From the IMG/VR virus record IMGVR_UViG_3300017754_002371, positions 1 through 33,324 of that record: 33,324 bases of DNA; one strand, written 5' to 3'. The notes beneath the pieces are model-generated. The model was given only the letters and a program-made list of their open reading frames with translations. It made no database searches and was not told where the DNA came from. Source of the stretch: a virus. Taxonomy: Duplodnaviria; Caudoviricetes. Of the stretch, positions 1-9,677 are shown piece after piece. How positions within the stretch are numbered: position 1 is the stretch's first letter; each line of letters begins with the position of its first letter. Both the position numbers and the translations under genes were made by a program.

Positions 1-124
1 ACTCCACCGATGGGCTACATTCAGAAGCAAACCGAGATTGCAGAGTTGCAAGATAAACGCATAAACGAGATGCGTTATCGTTCGTTAGCTGCCATCAATA
101 TGCAGTTTTTAGAGGCACAACCCG
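1..124 (+). repeat. Imperfect terminal direct repeat, copy 1 (matches 33201-33324)
   Basis: First 23 nt identical; 21 mismatches over 124 nt by manual alignment. Confidence 0.95.
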
Positions 125-960
125 CTGCTCAAAGTGGTGTTGCAAAGGCATACGATAGAGATGAAACAAACAACACTTTTTATGGTGTTGCAGTTGATAT
201 GGGAACTATAATGACAAACATTGCGGAGTTGTGTGCAATGTGGAGATATAAAGAGATATACGATGTTGAAACCATTAAGTCAATGGTGCCAGTTTGCGTT
301 GTTCCTAATCAGTTTGATATCTTAGGCAGTCAACTTATATTAGAGGAGATTAAAGCGGCTAAGGATAGCGGTCTAAACGATGCGGTGTTGAGCGCGCAAG
401 AGTTGGAATATATCGTTAAGCGTTTTCCTAATGACATCGCAATGCAAGATATGTTACGTGATGCATTTAACCTTGACCCCGCGAGTGGTAAAACGCAAGA
501 GGAGAAAGCGTTGTTGGTAAGCAATAAGATGCTATCTAAAACCGATGCGGTTATAAGCACATACATTCAAGACTTTGTTCAACGTGCATACGCTGAGAAT
601 CCTGAATTTAACCGCTTAGATAAGTCAAAGCAACAAGCGGTATTAAATGGATTTGCAGTTGAGAAGTTGAAAGAAATAAACACTAAGGATATATTGTTTA
701 ATCAGATATTTAATATAAACGAAACCGAAACTTTAAGTAGTGGTAAATCTCCTGCGGATTTGAAATACACAGTTGGTGGTTTAACTGGTATTATTGAAAT
801 CGTTAAAGCGGTAAGTAGTGGTGTTTACGATTTGGAGGCAGCTATTCAAATGGTTATGGATAGATTTGGATTAACTTATGATCAAGCTAAGGCGCAATTA
901 GGTACACCTCAAATCATAACATCGGAGGCGCAGTTGGATAAGATAACACAGTTGACTTAA
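1..960 (+). CDS. Portal protein, C-terminal part (continues 32211-33324; joined protein ~649 aa)
   Basis: Frame is open from position 1. MGYIQKQTEIAELQD also occurs in frame at 33210. Followed by minor capsid, scaffold and capsid genes. Confidence 0.8.
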   Translation, partial: TPPMGYIQKQTEIAELQDKRINEMRYRSLAAINMQFLEAQPAAQSGVAKAYDRDETNNTFYGVAVDMGTIMTNIAELCAMWRYKEIYDVETIKSMVPVCVVPNQFDILGSQLILEEIKAAKDSGLNDAVLSAQELEYIVKRFPNDIAMQDMLRDAFNLDPASGKTQEEKALLVSNKMLSKTDAVISTYIQDFVQRAYAENPEFNRLDKSKQQAVLNGFAVEKLKEINTKDILFNQIFNINETETLSSGKSPADLKYTVGGLTGIIEIVKAVSSGVYDLEAAIQMVMDRFGLTYDQAKAQLGTPQIITSEAQLDKITQLT

Positions 961-1877
961 TGGCGGTTGGAAGTAAAGAAATACAAGCAACATTAAACGC
1001 CATTGACAATGGTTTGATTACTTGGAATGAGGCAATGCCAAAAATCCAAGAGCAAATCTATCGTAGGCTATTACAATTTCAACGTGAGTTAGGTGTTCAA
1101 GGCGATACGATAACAAACTCAGTTAAGAACATCAAACTATTATCCAGTCTTAAAAGTGATTTGGAAACAATTATTTTAGATGACTCGGATTATGGCGAAA
1201 GTGTAACTAAATTTGCAAAGCTTTACGACAAAGTTAACGCGCTAAACTTTTCTTACTACAAAGCACTCGAAAAGAAATTCAAACCGCCCAAAGTAGTTGA
1301 GGCAATTAGGCAACAATCAATATCGGTTACGTTGGATAACTTAACCGAATCGGGATTGAATCAAAACCTCATCACGCCAGTGCGCGAAATGATTAACACC
1401 TATGTAACTACGGGTGGAAGTTACTCTAAGCTATCTAAGGAACTAAACAACTACATTAATGGCACACCAACAATTGATGGCGCGTTGGTTAAGTACACAA
1501 AACTGATTGCAACTGACTCAATCAATCAATATAATGCAACCGTTAACCAAGCTATAAGCGCTGATTTGGGTTGGGATTGGTTTCGCTATGTCGGCAGTAA
1601 TATAAAGACAACGCGCACTTTTTGTAAGGCATTGACTCAAAAGCAATACTATCACAGAAGTGAACTGCCAAAGATTATCAAAGGCAACTTTGCAGAATTC
1701 AAAGAAATGCAAGGACAAATATATGACCGCACTGGCTTACCTGAGGGAATGATTGAAGATACAAACGTAAGTAACTTCCAAACTTATCGCGGTGGTTATA
1801 ACTGCGGGCATCAAGCATATCCGATACCCGCTTCGCTTGTACCTAAAAATATAATTGCTACATTTGCAAATAAATAA
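960..1877 (+). CDS. Minor capsid / head morphogenesis protein (SPP1 gp7/MuF-like)
   Basis: Directly follows the portal; helical N-terminus; C-terminal RTFC...GGYNCGH motif typical of this family. Confidence 0.75.
   Translation: MAVGSKEIQATLNAIDNGLITWNEAMPKIQEQIYRRLLQFQRELGVQGDTITNSVKNIKLLSSLKSDLETIILDDSDYGESVTKFAKLYDKVNALNFSYYKALEKKFKPPKVVEAIRQQSISVTLDNLTESGLNQNLITPVREMINTYVTTGGSYSKLSKELNNYINGTPTIDGALVKYTKLIATDSINQYNATVNQAISADLGWDWFRYVGSNIKTTRTFCKALTQKQYYHRSELPKIIKGNFAEFKEMQGQIYDRTGLPEGMIEDTNVSNFQTYRGGYNCGHQAYPIPASLVPKNIIATFANK
1837..1866 (+). promoter_or_regulatory. Bacteroidota-type promoter ahead of scaffold/capsid genes
   Basis: TTG(1837-39)-N19-TACATTTG(1859-66). Confidence 0.55.
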
Positions 1878-1894
1878 TTAAACCCAATAATAAA

Positions 1895-2239
1895 ATGGAA
1901 ACAAATCCGACACTATTTAAATTACTAAAGATTACAAACGTGCGAAACGAAGTTAATTACTTTCCTCTTAACCGCACAAACAAACAATTTCACGAAACTT
2001 ATAAGCGTTCTTTGAGCAATGAAAAGCGCGAGAAGTATAAAGTTGAGGAAGTTGAATTGACAACCGAGCAAGCGGCAGAGTTAGGTGTTGCTGAAGCACA
2101 CGCTATTCTTTACCCACCGACACGCAAAGGCCAACCTAATGCAGCAAACACAAACATCATGGAGATGCTTATTGCGCAAAATGCTAAATTAATGGAGATG
2201 TTAGAAGCTAAAAACGAAACCACTAAACCAAAGAAATAA
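1895..2239 (+). CDS. Hypothetical head-module protein
   Basis: 114-aa ORF with A-rich start region, co-oriented with head genes. Confidence 0.7.
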   Translation: METNPTLFKLLKITNVRNEVNYFPLNRTNKQFHETYKRSLSNEKREKYKVEEVELTTEQAAELGVAEAHAILYPPTRKGQPNAANTNIMEMLIAQNAKLMEMLEAKNETTKPKK

Positions 2240-2295
2240 TGGCAAAGCAAACTAAACCTAAAGGCGGCTGCAAAGGATGTGGCGGTGCACGTTAA
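2239..2295 (+). CDS. Tiny basic CxxC peptide MAKQTKPKGGCKGCGGAR (not in ORF track)
   Basis: TAATG stop/start overlap with the upstream gene; 18 codons fill the gap before the scaffold gene. Confidence 0.5.
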   Translation: MAKQTKPKGGCKGCGGAR

Positions 2296-2318
2296 TTATA
2301 ATTTAAAACATAAACAAA

Positions 2319-3197
2319 ATGGCAATATTAGCTGATACAATTAAAAAATTACTTACTAAAGCGGGTTTCGACCTTAACTCTGAAACATACAGACAACTAA
2401 TAGGCATCAAAGAACTGGTTGCTGAGATACCTGATGAGGTGGACCAATCATTGACAACTCTTATGAGTGCAAATGAGGCTAAGAATAACATCGACATTAA
2501 GAAACATTTTAAAGCCGAGGCATTAGATCCGTTTAACAATAAAGTTTCAACATGGCTTAAAGACAATGGTGCTGATGATGATACTATCAAACTGATTACC
2601 GATGACCCAAACACTTATAACAAAGTTGAGGTAGCAATTAAGAAGATTGCTGAATTGAAATCAAAGCAAATTGATGGCAAAGGCGATAAAGCAGAACTTG
2701 AACGTAAGATTAACGAACTAAGCGCACAACTTTCTAAGGCCGCAACTGATGCCGCATTTGAAAAGCAAAGTGCTATTGATGCTATTGTTGCAAAATATGA
2801 TGGCGAGTTTACAGAAATGGAAATCAATCGCATTATTTCATCTAAGAAGTTGCCTGGTCAGTTTGGTTTGGATGTTGAAAGTAAGATTGCTCGTGAGTTT
2901 TTGAATAAGAAACTTGCTGAAAAAAGTGCGGCAATAAAAAAAATTGATGGTAAGTTAAAATTAGTTGCAAAAGATGATGATAAAATGCTTATCTTTGACA
3001 ACGGAAAGGAACTCGACCTTGACACTCTCACAGATATGGCCTTGGCCGACAACAAGTTTTTGAAAGTATCTGACAATGGAGGCGGTATGCCACCAAAGTC
3101 GACACAGAGCCCACAAAGCTCATCTAAACCATCTGCCGCGGCAGCCAACGCTTTAAGCGACTTAGACATCGCATTGCAAGGTTTCGGGCAGAAATAA
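2319..3197 (+). CDS. Capsid scaffolding protein
   Basis: Charged coiled-coil protein with a low-complexity Pro/Ser/Gly C-terminal linker, immediately before the capsid gene. Confidence 0.7.
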   Translation: MAILADTIKKLLTKAGFDLNSETYRQLIGIKELVAEIPDEVDQSLTTLMSANEAKNNIDIKKHFKAEALDPFNNKVSTWLKDNGADDDTIKLITDDPNTYNKVEVAIKKIAELKSKQIDGKGDKAELERKINELSAQLSKAATDAAFEKQSAIDAIVAKYDGEFTEMEINRIISSKKLPGQFGLDVESKIAREFLNKKLAEKSAAIKKIDGKLKLVAKDDDKMLIFDNGKELDLDTLTDMALADNKFLKVSDNGGGMPPKSTQSPQSSSKPSAAAANALSDLDIALQGFGQK

Positions 3198-3211
3198 ATA
3201 CATAAAATATC

Positions 3212-4324
3212 ATGGCATTAGGTTATTGCCCCGCGATGCTCCAACATATGAAATTCATAATTGGACAAAACGCACCAGAACATAAGATTACTCCTACGGG
3301 ATTTTTACGCGCTGCCTTAGAGAAAGGCGCAAACGCGACACCAATCGCTGACTCTTTACAACTTGCAAACACTGCGGGTCATATTAAAGATTTGAGATTG
3401 AAATACTACCAACGTACAACACCTGCACAAATGTCAACTGCTGACAACTGTGATATTGATTTGGTACAAGCGTATGATGAGATTACTATTGATACAACTT
3501 CAATCGTAAAATTCGGATTACATTTTGACCAAGCAACTATCGCACGTTACTGCGATGAGGCTTCTGCAACTGTGTCAATAGGTGGTGCACCAACTCCATT
3601 TATGCAAGAGCACTTAGCAGGCTTAATGGCTGCAATGAATGGTTTTGTTGGTAAGATTGACCAAACATTGTTAGGTCAAGTAACTTGGGGTAAGAATGTC
3701 GTTACGGGCGCAAACACTGCGGTTACCGTTAACTTCAACGATGACTCAACTGTAAACAACTTCTCTGAGGGTTGGACAAAAGTATTAACTGATTACCGCA
3801 GCAATGAGGGTCAAGGAAGACCAATCGTTGTTGGTAGTGGTTTGGTTGATTCTGCTTACATTCAATCTTTGAATCCTGCGATGACTCAGTACGCTAACTT
3901 AAACAACGCTGCGGCTGCAAGTAACATTGATTACTACCACGATATCTATTCAGGTACATCTTGGGGGTCAAATCAATTTGCAGTATTGATGCCTGGAACT
4001 TTTGGTATTGTTGAATTAGACCGTTACAAAGGATTCAGAGCTCAGCAACTTGGTTTATCTACTTTTTGGAACATGGCAATGCCATTTGAAATGCCAGGAA
4101 GTGAGGGTACATTAGGTATGTTAAACATCGATTTTCAATTAAGAGAAATTGACTGCCCTACTGAAACCACAGTTGGTTACGAATCTGCAACGCTTGGAGC
4201 AGGTTATTCTTTGATTATGTCTAAGAGATTTGCTTTATGGCAAGTGCCAAGTGATGCTTACTTAGCATCTGACAGATTAACTGGCAACAATGGTTCATTA
4301 CGTTACACTGCAACTAACTCTTAA
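3212..4324 (+). CDS. Major capsid protein
   Basis: 370 aa, position after scaffold, Ala/Gly/Thr-rich composition. Confidence 0.75.
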   Translation: MALGYCPAMLQHMKFIIGQNAPEHKITPTGFLRAALEKGANATPIADSLQLANTAGHIKDLRLKYYQRTTPAQMSTADNCDIDLVQAYDEITIDTTSIVKFGLHFDQATIARYCDEASATVSIGGAPTPFMQEHLAGLMAAMNGFVGKIDQTLLGQVTWGKNVVTGANTAVTVNFNDDSTVNNFSEGWTKVLTDYRSNEGQGRPIVVGSGLVDSAYIQSLNPAMTQYANLNNAAAASNIDYYHDIYSGTSWGSNQFAVLMPGTFGIVELDRYKGFRAQQLGLSTFWNMAMPFEMPGSEGTLGMLNIDFQLREIDCPTETTVGYESATLGAGYSLIMSKRFALWQVPSDAYLASDRLTGNNGSLRYTATNS

Positions 4325-4327
4325 TAA

Positions 4328-5350
4328 ATGAGTTGTTTTGACGGAATCGTAAAACTTAACGGTTGCTCAATTACAGAGGTGCCGCAGGCTGTTTATTCTT
4401 TAAACAGCCTGCCCGGCATTTCATTAAAATCATTTGAGCAAGTAGCCAATAGTGAGCAACAAAACTATATTGGCGTATGGAATGCTATCAATGAACGTGC
4501 TGACGCGCGAATGAAGAATCAAATTATATCGTACATGTCAACGCGATATGATATCAAAAGAGTGCGTAGGACAGTCGATGTGTTTGGCGATGATGAGTTA
4601 CCGACAACAAGTGATAATTTGTTCAAGGGCATCGTTATAAATTCGGCTTACACACTTGTTGACAATTGGAAGATTAGCCCATTGCAAACAACAACGGTTG
4701 ACAAAATAAGATTTTACAAGTCGGCAACCACAACTGCAACGACAATTGATGTAAAGTTTTTCAATTACTTATCTAAGGAAGTACTATTCACTAAGACCTT
4801 AACCGTTGCAAATATGGTTAATGGTTGGAATGAATTCTCTATACTAAAACAATTTGATTGCGCTATTTTGGCCATCGGTTTTTTAGACACAAACATTAAC
4901 GGTGTTACCTATTCGACCACCGATTCAGATACTTTTTTTGCAAGTTGTTTTAGCGCATATTATGACTGCGGAACATGCGGTCAAATCAATGGCTTTGTTT
5001 CATCAAATTCAAGCGCAAACGGAACATTATCATACAACACCATTGCTGACTCATTGCAAGTACTATTAACACTTGGATGCAGTTATGATTCTGCGGTGTG
5101 CTCAAATAGATTGCTATTTGCTGAGGCTTATTGGTATGCATTAGGCATCGAGTTTATGACCGAGCGTTTATATTCTGAGCGCACAAACTTTTACACAACG
5201 GTTAAACGTGAGGAGGCTAACGAGTTGTTAGCACTTTACACCACACGTTATGAGGAGGCAATTAAAAACGCTTTAGGCGGCATCAAATTAGAATGTGATG
5301 CATGTTTAGAGTGCAATAGTCAAGTACAAGTGTTTACACAACTACCTTAA
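4328..5350 (+). CDS. Virion structural protein (possible head-tail adaptor with inserted beta domain), Cys-rich
   Basis: Follows capsid; helical termini and beta-rich middle; CGTC and CDACLEC motifs. Confidence 0.5.
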   Translation: MSCFDGIVKLNGCSITEVPQAVYSLNSLPGISLKSFEQVANSEQQNYIGVWNAINERADARMKNQIISYMSTRYDIKRVRRTVDVFGDDELPTTSDNLFKGIVINSAYTLVDNWKISPLQTTTVDKIRFYKSATTTATTIDVKFFNYLSKEVLFTKTLTVANMVNGWNEFSILKQFDCAILAIGFLDTNINGVTYSTTDSDTFFASCFSAYYDCGTCGQINGFVSSNSSANGTLSYNTIADSLQVLLTLGCSYDSAVCSNRLLFAEAYWYALGIEFMTERLYSERTNFYTTVKREEANELLALYTTRYEEAIKNALGGIKLECDACLECNSQVQVFTQLP

Positions 5351-5790
5351 TGGACATAACCTCTAACATACCATTTGTGATTGGCAATATCCTTGCAAAG
5401 TTTCGCGAACTTGGAAACCCCGAAACGGTTTCAAGAGCTGCGGCTATTGCGGTGCTGCCTGAATTGCGTTATAGAATACACGTAGATGGCAAGAATTCAA
5501 GCGGTGGTGCAATCGGAACTTATAGCAATAGTTATTTAAAGATTCGTGAGCGTGAGAATAGAGGAACAAGCACTAAGGTAATCATATCGTTAACACGCCA
5601 ACTTGAAAATGGCTACACATTAAAGGCAACCGAGAAAGGTTACACAATAGGCAACACATCGCCCGCTAATGAAGAGATAATCGGTCACTTAACTGAGAAG
5701 TATGGTGACATTTGGCAGCTAACAGAACGTGAGCTTGAAATGACTCAAATCGTTGCGCAAGAAACCGCTTTATTAATTATGAACAAATGA
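5350..5790 (+). CDS. Neck / tail-completion protein (virion morphogenesis-like)
   Basis: Size and position; YSNSYLKIR...ISLTRQLENG pattern resembles neck proteins. Confidence 0.5.
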   Translation: MDITSNIPFVIGNILAKFRELGNPETVSRAAAIAVLPELRYRIHVDGKNSSGGAIGTYSNSYLKIRERENRGTSTKVIISLTRQLENGYTLKATEKGYTIGNTSPANEEIIGHLTEKYGDIWQLTERELEMTQIVAQETALLIMNK

Positions 5791-6338
5791 ATTTAAAGCA
5801 AGTAATAACTGAAATTGACAACGCTATAATTGCGGCGTTACCATTAACACCTAACAAGGCGTTTGGGCTTGCTGAATTTTACTACGATGGCGAGAAGCGT
5901 TATCCTGGCATCAATATTAATGGCGAAGTAACTAACTGTTTATTGCAGGATCAATACGCAATAAGTTGGTATCATCGTTCGGAGTCATCACGTTTAACAG
6001 TAATTGAAAATAATTTTGGTGACAAGATGGATAAGGTGGAGGAAACAACACCAGTTACGCTTGTTATCTATGCAAATAAAACATTAACATCGCAAACAAT
6101 TAAGGACATATTTGTTTCGGCTATTCCAAGTGTGTTGAGTAAATTAGTGTGTGAGAGCATTAATGTATTTGATTGCACATTCGAGTTAACGGAAACCGAA
6201 ATGAATTCAACTTTAGTGTTTAGAGAGGAATGTTCAATACCCGATGTGAGAGTCGGTCTAAACCATGGACTGTTAGCAGTTCGATACGAAATCAAACAAA
6301 CATATCGCAGAGGCTGCACAGTCATTTGCGAATGCTAA
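5787..6338 (+). CDS. Probable tail terminator / neck protein
   Basis: Lies just before the tail-tube-like genes; ATGA overlap. Confidence 0.45.
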   Translation: MNLKQVITEIDNAIIAALPLTPNKAFGLAEFYYDGEKRYPGININGEVTNCLLQDQYAISWYHRSESSRLTVIENNFGDKMDKVEETTPVTLVIYANKTLTSQTIKDIFVSAIPSVLSKLVCESINVFDCTFELTETEMNSTLVFREECSIPDVRVGLNHGLLAVRYEIKQTYRRGCTVICEC

Positions 6339-6350
6339 AAACAAATAATC

Positions 6351-6893
6351 ATGGCATATTATCCATCGGGTTGTGATGAAAACATTACCGCCCACACTTG
6401 TGGTACTTGCGGCGTTGAGTTATCTCGCGTAAGAGGAACTGCATTTATAAATAAAAGCTATTACCCCACACTATCTACTGACTTCGAAGATGAAGCGTTG
6501 TGGAATGCGGGCATAGCATCAGGCGCAATCATTGTTTACCCTGAAACACAAGGCGAATTTGATGGCGGAACACCTAACATGGGCCAAGGTTATGGCGATA
6601 CAGAGGAGAGTTTAAATTCTTACACTTTCTTATTGTCGTTTAAAGACCCTAACTATGTAGGCAATAGAAACCATTACAATAGCGTTAAGGGCTCACGTAA
6701 TTTTCACGTAGCATTTAGAAGTGAAACAGTGCTTGCCATCAGTGATGAGCCTTGCACTATCGTACCAAAGAATCCAATTGCCAACGACTTAAAAGTTGAG
6801 CGCACTTGGGATGTAGAAGTTAAGTGGACATCTGACAACTTCCCTGAAGAGTCAGCTATTCCTGCTAACTTGTTTACTTGTTACGTAGTTTAA
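6351..6893 (+). CDS. Probable major tail tube protein
   Basis: 180 aa, beta-rich and acidic, after neck genes, followed by a terminator-like hairpin. Confidence 0.55.
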   Translation: MAYYPSGCDENITAHTCGTCGVELSRVRGTAFINKSYYPTLSTDFEDEALWNAGIASGAIIVYPETQGEFDGGTPNMGQGYGDTEESLNSYTFLLSFKDPNYVGNRNHYNSVKGSRNFHVAFRSETVLAISDEPCTIVPKNPIANDLKVERTWDVEVKWTSDNFPEESAIPANLFTCYVV

Positions 6894-6898
6894 TCATT

Positions 6899-6930
6899 GG
6901 CGGTAACACCCCGTAAGGTGGCCGCCTTTA
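6899..6930 (+). terminator. Terminator/attenuator-like hairpin between the tail-tube paralogs
   Basis: GGCGGT-aa-CACC-ccgtaa-GGTG-GCCGCC followed by TTTA. Confidence 0.55.
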
Positions 6931-6943
6931 ATACTTTAAAATA

Positions 6944-7558
6944 ATGGCATTCTATCCATCAAATTGCAATACTATTGAAAGTCATTTTGCTTGCGGCTTA
7001 AGCGGAAGCGGTGAATGCACAAGCATTGAGCTTGCGCGCGTTCGTTCGGTGGCATTGATACACAAAACATTCTACCAACAGTTAATGACTGACCCCGAAT
7101 CGACCTTGATTTGGCAAACGGGCATCACTGCGGGAATGATAATCGTATTGCCACAAACACATGGCGAGTATAACGGTGGAAGTCCTATTGTTGGGCGTGG
7201 CTTTGGTTGGAGTGATGAAACATTGATTGCCTATAATTTCGAAGTAAATTACAAAGATCCCGATTACGTTTCTAATTTACCGCATTATAATTCAATTACG
7301 GGAAGCAGAAACTTTTACTTAGCATTTTGCTCAGAAACATTGATGAGAATATCACAAAGACCAGGCACATTAATAGCAAGTAATCCAGTTGCAAATTCAT
7401 TAAAGGATGAGGTAAACTTTGTATTAAATTACAAGTGGATACACGATAAGATGCCATTGGAGTTTAGCATTCCAGATGGTGTATTTGTTTGCGCGCCATC
7501 GGTTGTTTATGGTGCAAGTTTTGACAATAGTTTTGATGAATCATTTGATATACCTTAA
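6944..7558 (+). CDS. Paralog of the tail tube protein with C-terminal FDxSFDxSF extension
   Basis: Colinear with 6351-6893 (MAxYPSxC, ELxRVR, KDPxYV, HYNS-x2-GSRNF-x2-AF-x-SET, NPxANxLK). Confidence 0.7.
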   Translation: MAFYPSNCNTIESHFACGLSGSGECTSIELARVRSVALIHKTFYQQLMTDPESTLIWQTGITAGMIIVLPQTHGEYNGGSPIVGRGFGWSDETLIAYNFEVNYKDPDYVSNLPHYNSITGSRNFYLAFCSETLMRISQRPGTLIASNPVANSLKDEVNFVLNYKWIHDKMPLEFSIPDGVFVCAPSVVYGASFDNSFDESFDIP

Positions 7559-7560
7559 TA

Positions 7561-9105
7561 ATGGCACAAAAGAATAGGGCAAACATGCTCACAGATATTG
7601 TAAATAATATCTACAACAATTTAATAAACTTTATAACGGGGCAAAACGCGCAAGATAGGTTTGTAAACTTGCTCGATAGCAGCCCAAATATATTATCGGA
7701 TGCAAGTCAGCCTAATGGCTACGTGTCAACCGATGCAAATAATGAAATGTTTTCAAGTTATTACGATGAGGAGATTTCAAGGGCTGATTTGATTACTGAC
7801 TTAACTGCGAACTTGGCGGTTGGTGGAAAGTTTTACAGAATAAATGATGCGGTTGGATCAACTATAACATTGTTGGTTATTGCCGAAAGCAATATAAATT
7901 TATATTCAATAGGCACAGACATTACAACGGGTGAGCAAGGAACATATGATATAACAACTGATGTGTTTACACCCATAGTAGTTAGTGGCACACCCGACCT
8001 CCAACAAGTAACAACTGCTGGTGCTACAACAACAGTAGGTGTAACTGTTGACAATGGAGCAGGAGAAAGTATAGATATTAAGCACGATTTAATAAACATT
8101 AATAATGCTTTAGGGACTGCAACTATAACATCTCCAACACTTACAACTGCAACAACCTTTGAATTGCCAAACAAAGCAACAAGTCCACAAACCTTTGCGA
8201 TGTTGAGTGATATTAGCGCTGGTGGTGTTCCTTATACTGGTGCAACTGCCGATGTAGATTTAGGAATTTATTCATTAACTGCTGACACAATAGGAATAGG
8301 TGTTGCCGCTGGTGCTGAAAAATTGCATATTGATGGGGGGGCTACAACTACACGAGTAAAAATTGATGCAGATAATGGAGTTAGTAGAATTTTGTCTTTT
8401 AGAACTGATGATGTTCAACGATGGGCATTACGTGTTGATGGCATAGAAAGTGGGACAAATAGTGGGGGTGATTTTCAATTAAGAAGATATAATGATGCAG
8501 GAGCTTATATAGATAGCCCAATAGCTATTAATCGTGCCAATGGAAACATTACAACTGCTCAAAATATAAATGGAGCAACACCAACGGAATTAGGTTATTT
8601 AAGTGGTGCAACAAGTGCGATTCAAACGCAATTGAATAACAAAGTAACAGTATTTGCATCAGCAACCGATGGCACAGCATCATCTGGAACAACAAGCACT
8701 ATAAGCATTTCAGTTTTAATCCCTGCTAACACATTTGTTGTTGATGATGTAATAAGAATCAACCATAGAGTAAGAGCAACTGGCACAGCAGCAATAAGAG
8801 AAACAAGGGTGTATGCCAACACAACTTCAAGTTTAACGGGCGCAATATTAGTATCAACTGCAACTTTAGCATTAACAATTTTAGCAGCTAATACTCAAAG
8901 ATTTTTAGCAATAAAAAATGCAACAACAAATACAGAGGTTGTAACTGCAACAACAAGTTTGTTAAGCGATTACAATAGTGTTGCAACAGCAGTATCAACA
9001 CTTGCTATAAACTGGACAGTTGACCAATATATTATATTTCAAGTAAATGCTGCTAATGGAGCAGATAGCATAAGAGCAACAATGTATTCAATCGAAAAAT
9101 TATGA
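7561..9105 (+). CDS. Tail fibre / receptor-binding protein
   Basis: Thr/Ala/Gly-rich 514 aa with fibre-type segments (DLQQVTTAG, VPYTGATADVDLG, TELGYLSGATSAIQTQLNNK). Confidence 0.75.
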   Translation: MAQKNRANMLTDIVNNIYNNLINFITGQNAQDRFVNLLDSSPNILSDASQPNGYVSTDANNEMFSSYYDEEISRADLITDLTANLAVGGKFYRINDAVGSTITLLVIAESNINLYSIGTDITTGEQGTYDITTDVFTPIVVSGTPDLQQVTTAGATTTVGVTVDNGAGESIDIKHDLININNALGTATITSPTLTTATTFELPNKATSPQTFAMLSDISAGGVPYTGATADVDLGIYSLTADTIGIGVAAGAEKLHIDGGATTTRVKIDADNGVSRILSFRTDDVQRWALRVDGIESGTNSGGDFQLRRYNDAGAYIDSPIAINRANGNITTAQNINGATPTELGYLSGATSAIQTQLNNKVTVFASATDGTASSGTTSTISISVLIPANTFVVDDVIRINHRVRATGTAAIRETRVYANTTSSLTGAILVSTATLALTILAANTQRFLAIKNATTNTEVVTATTSLLSDYNSVATAVSTLAINWTVDQYIIFQVNAANGADSIRATMYSIEKL

Positions 9106-9275
9106 TAATATACGGATTAGAAGTTACGAGCAATTACTTTGCTCAAATAGGTGATAACGGATGTCACATTGAACTTGCATATGACATTAGATTTGTTTAT
9201 TTAGCTGATACGGAATACCGCACAATAGAAGATTTACAAACGGCCGTAGAGGCACTAACATTCCCAAGTAAATAA
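9102..9275 (+). CDS. Small protein, possibly fibre-associated (57 aa; not in ORF track)
   Basis: MIIYGLEVTSNY...FPSK; ATGA overlap upstream and TAATG overlap downstream. Confidence 0.65.
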   Translation: MIIYGLEVTSNYFAQIGDNGCHIELAYDIRFVYLADTEYRTIEDLQTAVEALTFPSK

Positions 9276-9481
9276 TGATACACTCACACCATCCAGACAA
9301 TAGCATATTAGTAATCATTACAAGCGTTATAATTCAAGCAGGGGTATGGACATCGGATTGGTTTGGCAATATGAATTTAACTGGTATCTACGATACCATT
9401 TATGATCTTGCCAAACTTGGTGCATTAGTAGTGTCAATGTGGGCTTCATACAGAGTAGCAAAGAAAAATAAGAATGAGTAA
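9275..9481 (+). CDS. Small membrane protein, holin-like
   Basis: Two hydrophobic segments and basic C-terminus (RVAKKNKNE), at the end of the late operon. Confidence 0.5.
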   Translation: MIHSHHPDNSILVIITSVIIQAGVWTSDWFGNMNLTGIYDTIYDLAKLGALVVSMWASYRVAKKNKNE

Positions 9482-9650
9482 TGAAGAGGCTGCTAATATA
9501 CCTCCATTAATAACAATTGCAGCCATTGTGATAGCCTTTATATTGCTTATGCTATATCAGTATAGGCAGCAAATAAATTATGTAGCAACATCGTTTAAAA
9601 TGGGTGTGATTGCCTTGTTAGTGACGCTAGGTATCATAGATGATAAATAA
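9474..9650 (+). CDS. Small membrane protein (58 aa; not in ORF track)
   Basis: MSNEEAANIPPLITIAAIVIAFILLMLY...GVIALLVTLGIIDDK; two hydrophobic stretches; overlaps the upstream stop. Confidence 0.6.
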   Translation: MSNEEAANIPPLITIAAIVIAFILLMLYQYRQQINYVATSFKMGVIALLVTLGIIDDK

Positions 9651-9677
9651 CAAAGCCCTCACATTTCTGCAAGGGCT
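9645..9677 (-). terminator. Intrinsic terminator with GAAA tetraloop
   Basis: Minus strand AGCCCTTGCA-GAAA-TGTGAGGGCT-TTGTTATTT; 10-bp stem with two G-U pairs; lies at the convergence of two operons. Confidence 0.75.

Noticed and set aside
1-124. Imperfect repeat pair as a DGR template/variable repeat
   Set aside because: Mismatches include C/T and C/G and are mostly synonymous rather than adenine-specific; no reverse transcriptase gene seen.
330-8822. Minus-strand ORFs within structural genes (330, 1518, 2303, 2615, 2858, 6068, 7833, 8622) and similar shadow ORFs elsewhere
   Set aside because: Antisense to well-supported genes, with no motifs or start context.
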